A DNA stretch of 60,594 nucleotides, filler included. It is 5 parts of 5 records of this genome, joined end to end, with 100 filler letters (N's around TTAATTAATTAA, not from the genome) between each part and the next. Parts side by side here need not be neighbours in the genome. Positions count along the whole stretch, not along the records: positions 34,229 to 54,165 come from DRR723986_572; positions 54,266 to 60,594 come from DRR723986_584; 3 more parts are not named here. The stretch is one strand, 5' to 3'. Positions 53,144 through 60,594 of the stretch are shown piece by piece. The notes beneath the pieces were generated by a model that saw only the letters and a program-made list of their open reading frames with translations, was not told the DNA's origin and searched no databases. Positions within the stretch are counted from its first letter, which is position 1. The number at the start of each line of letters is the position of its first letter. A program made the translations under genes and the position numbers.

Positions 53144-53498
53144 GTGGGCCGTTCTGTTGCTAGGTGGCCCATCCCCCACCTGAAGTCGTCAAACCTCAGG
53201 AATTTATATAAATGTAGTTTACAATGACAGCTTACGCTGCAACTGCGAACTCGACGTCGTTGTCGTTAGCATTTATCAAATTTGGTCCTTTACGGCGGTA
53301 GCCTTACCGAGCGAAAAGCATACAACTTTCAATACACGTCGATCCTGGTTCGCCCCCATCAGAAAAAGTCACTGTCATTAAATACCTATGCTCAGGCATC
53401 GGTTCGATAACTTTTTTTGGTGGAGGCGCCGGGCACTGCCCCCGGGTCCGCAATATATACTCACTGCGCCGTTTATCGCCATAGCTGGCAAGCCAGCA
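53144..53498 (-). ncRNA. ssrA: Two-piece (circularly permuted) tmRNA
   Basis: Acceptor piece ends GGCGCCTCCACCA (3' end at 53418). After a 60-nt intervening segment the coding piece starts GGGGGCGAACCAGGATCGAC at 53357, with a G3-U70 pair. Tag ORF ANDNDVEFAVAA* is at 53270-53232. Terminal hairpin contains CTAGCAACAGAA. Outer ends are approximate. Confidence 0.95.
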
Positions 53499-53677
53499 AT
53501 TAACATATAGGAATTATTGATACCGATTAGAAGTTTTTTTAGACAAAGATGCTGAAATATTGTGGTTTTTTTGTTCAAGCAGTGTCTAAATAGCACCCGA
53601 TTGGTTGCTTTTGAAGTGAGTGAAATTTCCACTCATAGAAGTTGATTATAGAATATTGCAAGGCCATGATACAAAAG

Positions 53678-54124
53678 ATGTACCAGCTAGTTTATATAAG
53701 CGCAGCGACCCAGCCTTTTTCAGAAAACGATGTTCTTACATTGTTGGACAAGTCTCGCAGTAAAAATGAACTTGACCAAATAACAGGCTTGTTGATGTAC
53801 CATGATCGTCAGTTTTTTCAAATTCTTGAGGGGCCAAAAGCGGCTGTAAAAACTTGTTTTGAAAGAATTTCAAGGGATCCGCGCCATAAAGGCTTGATCG
53901 TATTGTCCGAGGAAAATTGCCCCGAGAGAATGTTTACTGATTGGCGTATGGCAATGGCAAAGATTTCCTCTTTTCGGGAACCCCTGAAAAGTCAACTAAC
54001 TGACCTTTTACAGGTTGGAAAAAATGTATCCGCTGACCAGTTGCACCAACATAGAGTTGTGAGCATCTTTGTTGATACGTTTCTTTCTGATCTAGATCGT
54101 TTTGCGCGTCATATTTCGCTTTAA
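53678..54124 (+). CDS. Stand-alone BLUF blue-light sensor protein
   Basis: Start at 53678 or 53666; LVYIS, SRSKN, ITGLL, FFQILEG, DPRH, FTDWRM (conserved Y/N/Q/W/M). Confidence 0.93.
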   Translation: MYQLVYISAATQPFSENDVLTLLDKSRSKNELDQITGLLMYHDRQFFQILEGPKAAVKTCFERISRDPRHKGLIVLSEENCPERMFTDWRMAMAKISSFREPLKSQLTDLLQVGKNVSADQLHQHRVVSIFVDTFLSDLDRFARHISL

Positions 54125-54165
54125 TATTCATTTAAATTTGACCAAAACTCTGCATGGGGGCAGGG

Positions 54166-54265
54166 NNNNNNNNNNNNNNNNNNNNNNNNNNNNNNNNNNN
54201 NNNNNNNNNTTAATTAATTAANNNNNNNNNNNNNNNNNNNNNNNNNNNNNNNNNNNNNNNNNNNN
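54166..54265. other. Artificial contig spacer
   Basis: N44-TTAATTAATTAA-N44. Confidence 0.99.
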
Positions 54266-54395
54266 GAGCGTGATCAATGTGGCGCTTGCCTGCGGCTTTG
54301 CTTCACCGTCGCATTTTTCCAAATGCTACCGGGCGCATTACGACACCACCCCCTATCGCGAACGCGGTGCGCAGGCGACGCGGGTCAAGAGCTGA
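54266..54395 (+). CDS. C-terminal fragment of an AraC/GlxA-family regulator (not in ORF track)
   Basis: The frame from 54267 reads SVINVALACGFASPSHFSKCYRAHYDTTPYRERGAQATRVKS*, the AraC signature. Confidence 0.88.
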
Positions 54396-54398
54396 CGA

Positions 54399-54665
54399 TT
54401 ATCCCTGGATGACCCGCGCGGCCCGGCCACCCCGGCGTTTGGCGGACGGGGGCTGTGCAAGCCCTTCCTTCAACACCAATGTCATCGGGTGATCAGGCGC
54501 GTCCGCCCCGTAGCGGTCCAGCAATGTGCGGATATGCGGCAGCGGGTCGGGATCAGCCAGGCTTAGCGCCCAGTCCAGCAGGATCGAGCGGCATTCGCCA
54601 TCCGTGATTCCGTCAATCCGATAGGCTTCCCGCACCAGGTTCTTCGGGTCGCTTGCATCTTTCAT
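54399..54665 (-). CDS. Conserved small hypothetical protein coupled to glnE
   Basis: 88 aa. DPKNLVREAYRIDGI..ECRSILLDWALS...DHPMT; ATGA overlap with the glnE stop. Confidence 0.8.
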   Translation of the reverse strand: MKDASDPKNLVREAYRIDGITDGECRSILLDWALSLADPDPLPHIRTLLDRYGADAPDHPMTLVLKEGLAQPPSAKRRGGRAARVIQG

Positions 54666-57460
54666 CTGGCATCCTCCATGCGCGGGGGCGTTGCGAGCGC
54701 CTGATTGATGATAGCCTCACATGCTTGCCGAAGGCTCTCTGTTTTCGCGGCCAATTCGGTGCTGTCTGCGACACCGGCCTCGCGCACGATGAAACTGCGC
54801 CCGCCCGATCCGATCTCGGTCAGATCCAGCCTGCGGTCGGTCAGCAGGCGGGTCGCATGGTTCAGGCGGCCATAAAGATGATGGGCGGCGGCCAGCGTCC
54901 GGGCCTCGTCTGCCCCGATCCAGCCGATCGAGACACCAGCCTCCAACTGGCCTTCCACGTCGCGCGCCGGCACACCTGCGATCAGCGCAGCGGTTTCGGC
55001 CAGCAGTTCCACGTCCTTCATCCGCCCGGGGCCTTCCTTGGCGTCCAACCCTTCGCCCACCCGGCCCGCAGCTGCCAATCGTTCGCGCATGTCCTGCGCG
55101 TCGGCGGTGATCTTTTCGGGATCGCGCGCGGTGGTCAGAACCTCCATGCGGATCGCCTCGATATCGGCGCACAGGCTTTCCTCGCCGGCGACAGCGCGCG
55201 CGCGGGTCAAGGCCAGATGCTCCCAGGTCCAGGCTTCGGTCATCTGGTAATGGCGAAAGCCCTCCAACGCGGTCGCCACCGGCCCCTGACGACCTGAGGG
55301 GCGCAGGCGCATGTCCACGTCATAGAGCTTGCCCTCACCCGTTGGCGCGGTCAGGGCCGTGATCAGCGTCTTGGTGGCTTTGGCGAACCATCCGCGCGGG
55401 TCCAGCGGGCGGCGGCCCTCTGTGAACTCCACCTCACCGGGATCGTAGATCACCAGCAGATCGAGATCGGACCCCGCCGTCAGCCGCCCGGCCCCAAGGC
55501 TGCCCATGGCTACAACAGACCCGCCACGCCCCGGCGCGGGACCGTGCCGCCGGGCGACCTCGTCACAGACACGCGGCCACAGCGCTTGCAGGATGACCTC
55601 TGCCAGCATCGAATATTGAGCCCCGGCTTCCTCGGCATGGATCAGTCCGCGCAGGTGATGTACGCCGACGCGGAAATGCCATTCCTTCAGCCAACGGCGG
55701 GCGGTGTTCAGAACACCCTCGTAGTCCAGCCCCTCAAAGGCCGTTTCCAGATGATCGGTGAGATCTGCCCTGTCAGGCCAGCCTGCAAAGAAATCTCCGC
55801 CAATCACCGCGTCCAGAACGCCCGAGTTCCGAGACAGATAACGCGACAGACCCGGAGCCGTTCCGCAGATATCGACGATCAGATCGACAAGCGGCGGATT
55901 GGCCTCGAAGAGTGAGAAAAGCTGCACCCCCGCTGGCAGGCCCTTCAGAAACCCATCAAAGTTGCCAAGCGCCTCTTCCGGGCGCGGCGTGGCGGCGAAC
56001 CGGGCCAGAAGGTCGGGTTTCAGCCGCGCAAAAATCGCCTGCCCGCGCGCGGATCGAAGCGCCGGGTAGCCGGGCCAGCGGGCCACGATCTCTTCTGCCG
56101 TCTGTGACAGGTCTGGCAGATCGGTTTCCACCTTTTCGGGCTTGAAGAAGGGTTCGCACAGCCGGTCCACCTCTTCCAACCGGTCCTGTAGGTCTGCCCG
56201 GAAATCACGCGTATCCGCCACGCCACAGAACCGTGACAGCCGGTCAAAGCCTTCGTCGGAATTGGGAAGCAGGTGGGTTTGGGCGTCGTTGACCATCTGA
56301 ACCCGATGTTCAATCTCTCGGTGCAGGCGGTAATGCCGGGTCAGCCGGTCACGTGTATCGTCATCAATCCAGCCCTTGTCGGCCAGAGCCGCCAGCGCCG
56401 GAACCGTGCCGCGACAGCGCAGGTCAGGGTCGCGCCCACCTGACACGATCTGGCGGGTCTGGGCAAAAAATTCGATCTCGCGGATGCCGCCGGCACCCAG
56501 TTTCATGTTGTGGCCTTCCAGCGTGATCGGCCCATGCAAACCCTTGTGGCGGCGGATCTTCTCGCGCATCTCATGGGTGTCCTGAATGGCGGCAAAATCC
56601 AGGTGCTTGCGCCAGACGAAGGGGGTGAGCGTCTTCAGAAACCGTTCACCCGCCGCAATGTCGCCCGCGCAGGCGCGCGCCTTGATATAGGCGGCCCGTT
56701 CCCAGTTACGGCCCTCGGCCTCGTAGTAGCGTTCAGCCGCGGCCATCGAGATACAGACAGGCGTCACGCTGGCGTCAGGGCGCAACCGCAGATCGGTGCG
56801 GAAGACATAGCCATCGCGGGTCACATCCGACAGGGCGGCGGCCATGCGGCGGGTCACTTTGATGAAGCTCGCGCGTGCCTCCATCTCGTCGCCGTGATCG
56901 AACCGGGTCTCATCGAACAGCACGATCAGGTCGATGTCAGACGAGTAATTCAGCTCGCCCGCGCCCATCTTGCCCATGGCCAGCGCCACCATGCCCGCGC
57001 CGGTTTCCGCATCCTCCTCGGTCATGCCGGGGATCTTGCCACGCTTGGCTTCTGCCGCCACCAATCGGCGGATTGCAACATCGACAGCGGCATCGGCAAA
57101 ATCGGTCAGCAGGCCCGTCACCTGTTCCAGCGGCCAGACGCCCCCCAGATCGGCCAACGCCGCATAGAGCGCCACGCGGCGTTTCAGGCGCCGCAGCTCG
57201 GGTGCAAGATCGCTTTGGGCAACCGCGCCCGTTTCCAGCAGAAGCCCTCGGCGCACCTCGTCCGGGTCTTGCGTCAGCGCCTCTGCCAGCCAGTTTTTTT
57301 CCTTGCCAATGAGGCTGAGCAGATAGGGGCTGCACCCACCGGTTCCCTCGACAAGCGGGCGCAGCTCAGGGGCCAGATCGGGAAGATGCGCCAGCGCGTC
57401 GGCGCCGCGATCGGGGTCGAAGGGAATGGGATGGCGGGTCAGGCGCGATGCAAAGTTCAT
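54662..57460 (-). CDS. glnE: Bifunctional glutamine synthetase adenylyltransferase/adenylyl-removing enzyme
   Basis: Start MNFASR at 57460; MGKMGAGELNYSSDIDL, DLRLRP, and second domain GSDLDL, DMRLRPSG, AWTWEH. Confidence 0.97.
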   Translation of the reverse strand: MNFASRLTRHPIPFDPDRGADALAHLPDLAPELRPLVEGTGGCSPYLLSLIGKEKNWLAEALTQDPDEVRRGLLLETGAVAQSDLAPELRRLKRRVALYAALADLGGVWPLEQVTGLLTDFADAAVDVAIRRLVAAEAKRGKIPGMTEEDAETGAGMVALAMGKMGAGELNYSSDIDLIVLFDETRFDHGDEMEARASFIKVTRRMAAALSDVTRDGYVFRTDLRLRPDASVTPVCISMAAAERYYEAEGRNWERAAYIKARACAGDIAAGERFLKTLTPFVWRKHLDFAAIQDTHEMREKIRRHKGLHGPITLEGHNMKLGAGGIREIEFFAQTRQIVSGGRDPDLRCRGTVPALAALADKGWIDDDTRDRLTRHYRLHREIEHRVQMVNDAQTHLLPNSDEGFDRLSRFCGVADTRDFRADLQDRLEEVDRLCEPFFKPEKVETDLPDLSQTAEEIVARWPGYPALRSARGQAIFARLKPDLLARFAATPRPEEALGNFDGFLKGLPAGVQLFSLFEANPPLVDLIVDICGTAPGLSRYLSRNSGVLDAVIGGDFFAGWPDRADLTDHLETAFEGLDYEGVLNTARRWLKEWHFRVGVHHLRGLIHAEEAGAQYSMLAEVILQALWPRVCDEVARRHGPAPGRGGSVVAMGSLGAGRLTAGSDLDLLVIYDPGEVEFTEGRRPLDPRGWFAKATKTLITALTAPTGEGKLYDVDMRLRPSGRQGPVATALEGFRHYQMTEAWTWEHLALTRARAVAGEESLCADIEAIRMEVLTTARDPEKITADAQDMRERLAAAGRVGEGLDAKEGPGRMKDVELLAETAALIAGVPARDVEGQLEAGVSIGWIGADEARTLAAAHHLYGRLNHATRLLTDRRLDLTEIGSGGRSFIVREAGVADSTELAAKTESLRQACEAIINQALATPPRMEDAR

Positions 57461-57554
57461 GCCTTCTGTGATGGCGGGCGGCTGCGGTTTCGTCAATTGC
57501 TTGCACGTCGCAGGGCAAGCGGGCAACAAGGGGCCGGGAAACGGAGTGACGGAT

Positions 57555-58025
57555 ATGAGCAAGAGCCTCAAGCGCGTGGTCAGGGCCCTGGAAGAAGCCG
57601 GGCTGGCAGCCGATGTGATGGAGATGGAAGGCAGCACGCGGACGGCGGTCGAGGCTGCCGATCAGGCGGGATGCGAGATTGACCAGATCTGCAAATCGGT
57701 GATTTTCCGGGGGGAAGACAGCGGCGCGGCGCTGCTGTTCATCACCGCAGGCGGCAATCAGGTGGATGCTGTGAAGGCCAGCGCGCTGGCGGGCGAGCCA
57801 CTTGGAAAGGCCGACGCCAGCCTGATCCGCGCACAGACCGGGTTTGCCATTGGCGGCGTCGCGCCGGTGGGGCATCTGAACCCGATCCGGGCCTGGTTCG
57901 ACCCGCGTCTTTCGGCCTTTGACCGGGTCTTTGCAGCGGCGGGCACCCCGCGCCACATCGTGCCGATCACGCCCGAGGATCTGCTGCGTCTGACCGGCGC
58001 CGTTCCGGCCGATTTCACCGTTTGA
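57555..58025 (+). CDS. YbaK/EbsC family aminoacyl-tRNA deacylase-like protein
   Basis: Start MSKS at 57555 after GGAG; QICKSVIF, TGFAIGGVAPVGH, AAAGTP. Confidence 0.92.
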   Translation: MSKSLKRVVRALEEAGLAADVMEMEGSTRTAVEAADQAGCEIDQICKSVIFRGEDSGAALLFITAGGNQVDAVKASALAGEPLGKADASLIRAQTGFAIGGVAPVGHLNPIRAWFDPRLSAFDRVFAAAGTPRHIVPITPEDLLRLTGAVPADFTV

Positions 58026-58027
58026 GA

Positions 58028-58098
58028 GGGCGAGCGCCCCGTCGACGGGGCGCAAACGCGGCTGCGCAGCCGCGTTGCGGCGCGTCGACGCGCCGCCC
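58028..58098. repeat. Three abutting perfect palindromes (cloverleaf-like intergenic element)
   Basis: GCGCCCCGTCGACGGGGCGC (58034-58053), AACGCGGCTGCGCAGCCGCGTT (58055-58076), GCGGCGCGTCGACGCGCCGC (58077-58096). Confidence 0.9.
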
Positions 58099-58108
58099 CC
58101 CGCAAATC

Positions 58109-59278
58109 TCAAAGATGGTCCAGAACCGACCGGGCCGCGCGCAGGCCCGGTTCTTCGCCCCCTGCCCCGATGCGGTCCATCGTGACAGCCATCGCCTCGG
58201 TCTGGGCAGCGCGGGCAACATCGTCGGTCAGCAGCTTTTCCAGCGCCGGCACGATCAGGTCGGGCTTGCAGTCCGGTGACAGGAAGTCGGGCACATGACG
58301 GGTGTCTGACACAAGGTTGACCAGTGTCACCGTGTCGATCAGCGCCGCCCGCTTCATCAGGAAAAACGACAGCCGGTTCATGTCATAGGCCACCACCATC
58401 GGCGTGGCATTGGCGGCCAGTTCCAGCGACACGGTGCCAGAGGCCGCCAAGGCAACGTCAGCGGCGCGGAAGGCCGCGCGTTTGTCTGCGGCGTAGCTGT
58501 CCGGGGCTTCGCTCGGGTCCAGCAGAATTGGCCTGACCGGCCAGTTCGCGAGGGCGTCACGCAAGGCAGGGGCCACATGGGCCACGGTCGGCAACACGGC
58601 TTGCAGCCCCGGCACCCGCGCCGAAAGCTGCGCCAGAACCTCGCCAAAGACCGGGGCCAGACGGCCGACCTCGCTGCGCCGCGATCCGGGCAGCATCAAC
58701 AGGACCGGAGCATCCGGGGCAATGTCATATCGGGTGCGAAAGGCGGCGGCCTCGGCCTCGCTGGCCACGGGCTCGTTTACCACCGGGTGGCCGACGAAAT
58801 CGCAGGTCATGCCTGCGGCTTCCATATAGGGCGGTTCGAACGGCAACAGCGCCAGCACGTGATCCACATGCCGCGCCATCTTGGCCGCTCGCCCTGCCCG
58901 CCACGCCCAGACAGACGGCGCGACATAATGCATGGTGCGGATATGCGGCGCGGTTTCGCGCACCTGCCGGGCCACGCGAAGACAGAAATCAGGGCTGTCG
59001 ATGGTGATCAGCGCGTCAGGGTTCAGCGCCACGACCGCCTCTGCCGCCTGCCGTTTCAACGCAAAGAGGTGGCGCAGTTTCGGCAGCACCTCGGCAATGC
59101 CCATGACCGCCAGTTCTTCCATCGGGAACAGGCTATCAAGCCCCTCGGCCTGCATCAGCGGCCCGCCGACCCCATGAAAGATCACATCCGGGTGAAGCTC
59201 CTTCACGCCAGCCATCAACGCGGCCCCCAGCCTGTCGCCCGAGGATTCGCCCGCGATGAGGAAGAGGTTCAGCGTCAT
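58109..59278 (-). CDS. lpxB: Lipid-A-disaccharide synthase
   Basis: 389 aa. IAGESSGD, IDSPDF, HYVAPSVWAWR, FVGHP, PGSRRSE, ASGTVSLE. Confidence 0.98.
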   Translation of the reverse strand: MTLNLFLIAGESSGDRLGAALMAGVKELHPDVIFHGVGGPLMQAEGLDSLFPMEELAVMGIAEVLPKLRHLFALKRQAAEAVVALNPDALITIDSPDFCLRVARQVRETAPHIRTMHYVAPSVWAWRAGRAAKMARHVDHVLALLPFEPPYMEAAGMTCDFVGHPVVNEPVASEAEAAAFRTRYDIAPDAPVLLMLPGSRRSEVGRLAPVFGEVLAQLSARVPGLQAVLPTVAHVAPALRDALANWPVRPILLDPSEAPDSYAADKRAAFRAADVALAASGTVSLELAANATPMVVAYDMNRLSFFLMKRAALIDTVTLVNLVSDTRHVPDFLSPDCKPDLIVPALEKLLTDDVARAAQTEAMAVTMDRIGAGGEEPGLRAARSVLDHL

Positions 59279-60057
59279 GGGGCGGCCCAGAGGGCAATAC
59301 CGGACGCCTCGCAGGCCGTTTCAACCGCGTCACGGTCGAGGATCAGCACTGATCCCGCTGCAATCTCGATGCCTGACAGACCGGCCTCTGCCGCCTTCAT
59401 CACCGTCGCAGGGCCAATCACGGGGGTGTCCATGCGCAGGTCTTGCCCCGGCTTGGGCCGTTTGACCAGCACCCCCCCCGATCCGGGCAGCGAGACGCCG
59501 ACAAACCGCAGCATCGCGTCAGTGCCCTGAAGCGTCTCGATCCCGATCACCTGCCCTTTGGCGGAAACGGCCCCCTGCCCCACATCGAGCGGTCCGAGCG
59601 CATCAAGCACCGCGCGGGCACGGCTGGCATCGCGGGTTTGGGCATCCGAGGCAAACCCACTGATGGGCCCCTCAACCGCAGCGAGGTCTGGCCGCAGATC
59701 GAGTGCCCCGACAACGCGAAAGCCCTGTTCTTCGAAGATCGCGGCAATCACGCGAAGAAGCGTGTCGTCGCCTTGCGCCATCGCCCCCGCTACGCGAGGC
59801 ATCAGCGCCATCGTTTCCGCATCCATCAGCGATGGATCGAAGGCCGGACGGCTGAGCGCCCCTGCAAAGGCCAGTTCCTCGACTCCTGCCGCGCGAAGAT
59901 CCGAAAACATTGCACCGAAGCGTTCAAACCGGGCCGGGATCTCGGGAGCGTCCAGCGGGTCGCTCTCCACCCCCGCCAGACGCACGAGATGCGCTGGACC
60001 TGCTTGCAACAGAAGTCCCGGAAGCGCCCCCGCGCCTGCGATAATGGCCCGCGTCAT
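59275..60057 (-). CDS. lpxI: UDP-2,3-diacylglucosamine pyrophosphatase LpxI
   Basis: IIAGAGALP, GDDTLL, LDVGQG, EtlqGTDAML, KPGQDLRMDTPVIGPAT; lies between lpxA and lpxB. Confidence 0.93.
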   Translation of the reverse strand: MTRAIIAGAGALPGLLLQAGPAHLVRLAGVESDPLDAPEIPARFERFGAMFSDLRAAGVEELAFAGALSRPAFDPSLMDAETMALMPRVAGAMAQGDDTLLRVIAAIFEEQGFRVVGALDLRPDLAAVEGPISGFASDAQTRDASRARAVLDALGPLDVGQGAVSAKGQVIGIETLQGTDAMLRFVGVSLPGSGGVLVKRPKPGQDLRMDTPVIGPATVMKAAEAGLSGIEIAAGSVLILDRDAVETACEASGIALWAAP

Positions 60058-60063
60058 AGGCAC

Positions 60064-60594
60064 TTACCTCGGGGTCAGGAAAGACCTGTCGGTCTGACCC
60101 ATAATGAAATCGACAATCTGGGTGACATGGGGCGAATCCGGGTTGTCCTCGGACAGACGCCGGGCGCGATCCATGAAGGTGCCCTCGCCCTGCGCCAGTT
60201 GCTGGAAGGCGGCACGCAAGGCGGTGATCTCGGCCCGATCGACGCCCCGACGCTTTAGCCCCACCAGATTGAGCCCATCCAGTTCGCCGCGCGGGCCTTG
60301 CACCAACCCATGTGGAATGACGTCGTTGGTGACCATGGACAGCGCGCCGATGATGGCGCCCTTGCCGATGCGCACCCATTGGTGGATGCCGCAAAGCCCG
60401 CCGATGATCACATCATCCTCGATCACGCAATGGCCGGCGATGGCGGCGGAATTCACGACGATCACCCGATCACCGACTTGCGCGTCATGGGCAATGTGGC
60501 ACCCCGCCATGAACAGCCCATCATCGCCAATGCGGGTGACACCGCCGCCACCTTCGGTGCCGCAGTTCATCGTCACATGTTCACGGATGCGGTT
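60064..60594 (-). CDS. lpxA: Acyl-ACP--UDP-N-acetylglucosamine O-acyltransferase; 5' end outside the window
   Basis: HIAHD, AGHC, IHQWVRIG, GLNLVGLKRRG hexapeptide repeats. Confidence 0.96.
   Translation of the reverse strand, partial: NRIREHVTMNCGTEGGGGVTRIGDDGLFMAGCHIAHDAQVGDRVIVVNSAAIAGHCVIEDDVIIGGLCGIHQWVRIGKGAIIGALSMVTNDVIPHGLVQGPRGELDGLNLVGLKRRGVDRAEITALRAAFQQLAQGEGTFMDRARRLSEDNPDSPHVTQIVDFIMGQTDRSFLTPR

Noticed and set aside
53358-53430. Prophage or island integrated at tmRNA
   Set aside because: No duplicated acceptor-end sequence or integrase is visible, and the intervening segment is only 60 nt.
53378-53632. 84-aa ORF on the minus strand
   Set aside because: It overlaps the tmRNA acceptor piece and promoter.
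54653-60394. Long antisense ORFs over glnE, lpxB and lpxI (e.g. 56510-57682, 58577-59530)
   Set aside because: High-GC shadow ORFs opposite well-supported housekeeping genes.

Overview
This window is not one locus. It is five unrelated contigs joined by artificial 100-bp spacers (N44-TTAATTAATTAA-N44 at 18869-18968, 28446-28545, 34129-34228 and 54166-54265), so nothing is linked across a spacer. Taxonomic labels are my impression from gene content and composition. Contig 1 (1-18868, AT-rich Bacteroidota, Cyclobacteriaceae/Algoriphagus-like) has aspS, an M23 peptidase, rluF, a GH16 hydrolase, several families of REP/MITE-like palindromes, a T9SS type-B cargo/PorP/PorE-like triad, and a five-gene putative copper locus (Cys/HPP leader ORF, di-heme MbnH-like, MbnP, second di-heme MbnH-like, CxxC beta-barrel). 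Contig 2 (18969-28445, Rhodobacteraceae-like) has a tRNA 3' end, cupin, MarC, a decayed acetamidase, a fused membrane/spermidine synthase and a divergent RND pump. Contig 3 (28546-34128, Marinobacter-like) has a persulfide-dioxygenase-like MBL protein, a PAS-GAF-GGDEF cyclase and a cryptic operon (adenylation enzyme in frame with a heme-oxygenase-like diiron domain, SDR, secreted TPR protein). Contig 4 (34229-54165, alphaproteobacterium, Kordiimonas-like) has ligA with a large insertion, prmA, uvrD, a ClC channel, AsmA, alkC, class I fumarase, sspB, a two-piece permuted tmRNA (tag ANDNDVEFAVAA) and a BLUF protein. Contig 5 (54266-60594, Rhodobacteraceae-like) has glnE, ybaK, a triple-palindrome element and lpxA-lpxI-lpxB. 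The best candidates for an undescribed system are the copper locus with a putative ribosome-stalling leader (8365-12802) and the adenylation-HDO-SDR-TPR operon (30695-34128). I saw no CRISPR array, rRNA, transposase or integrase.
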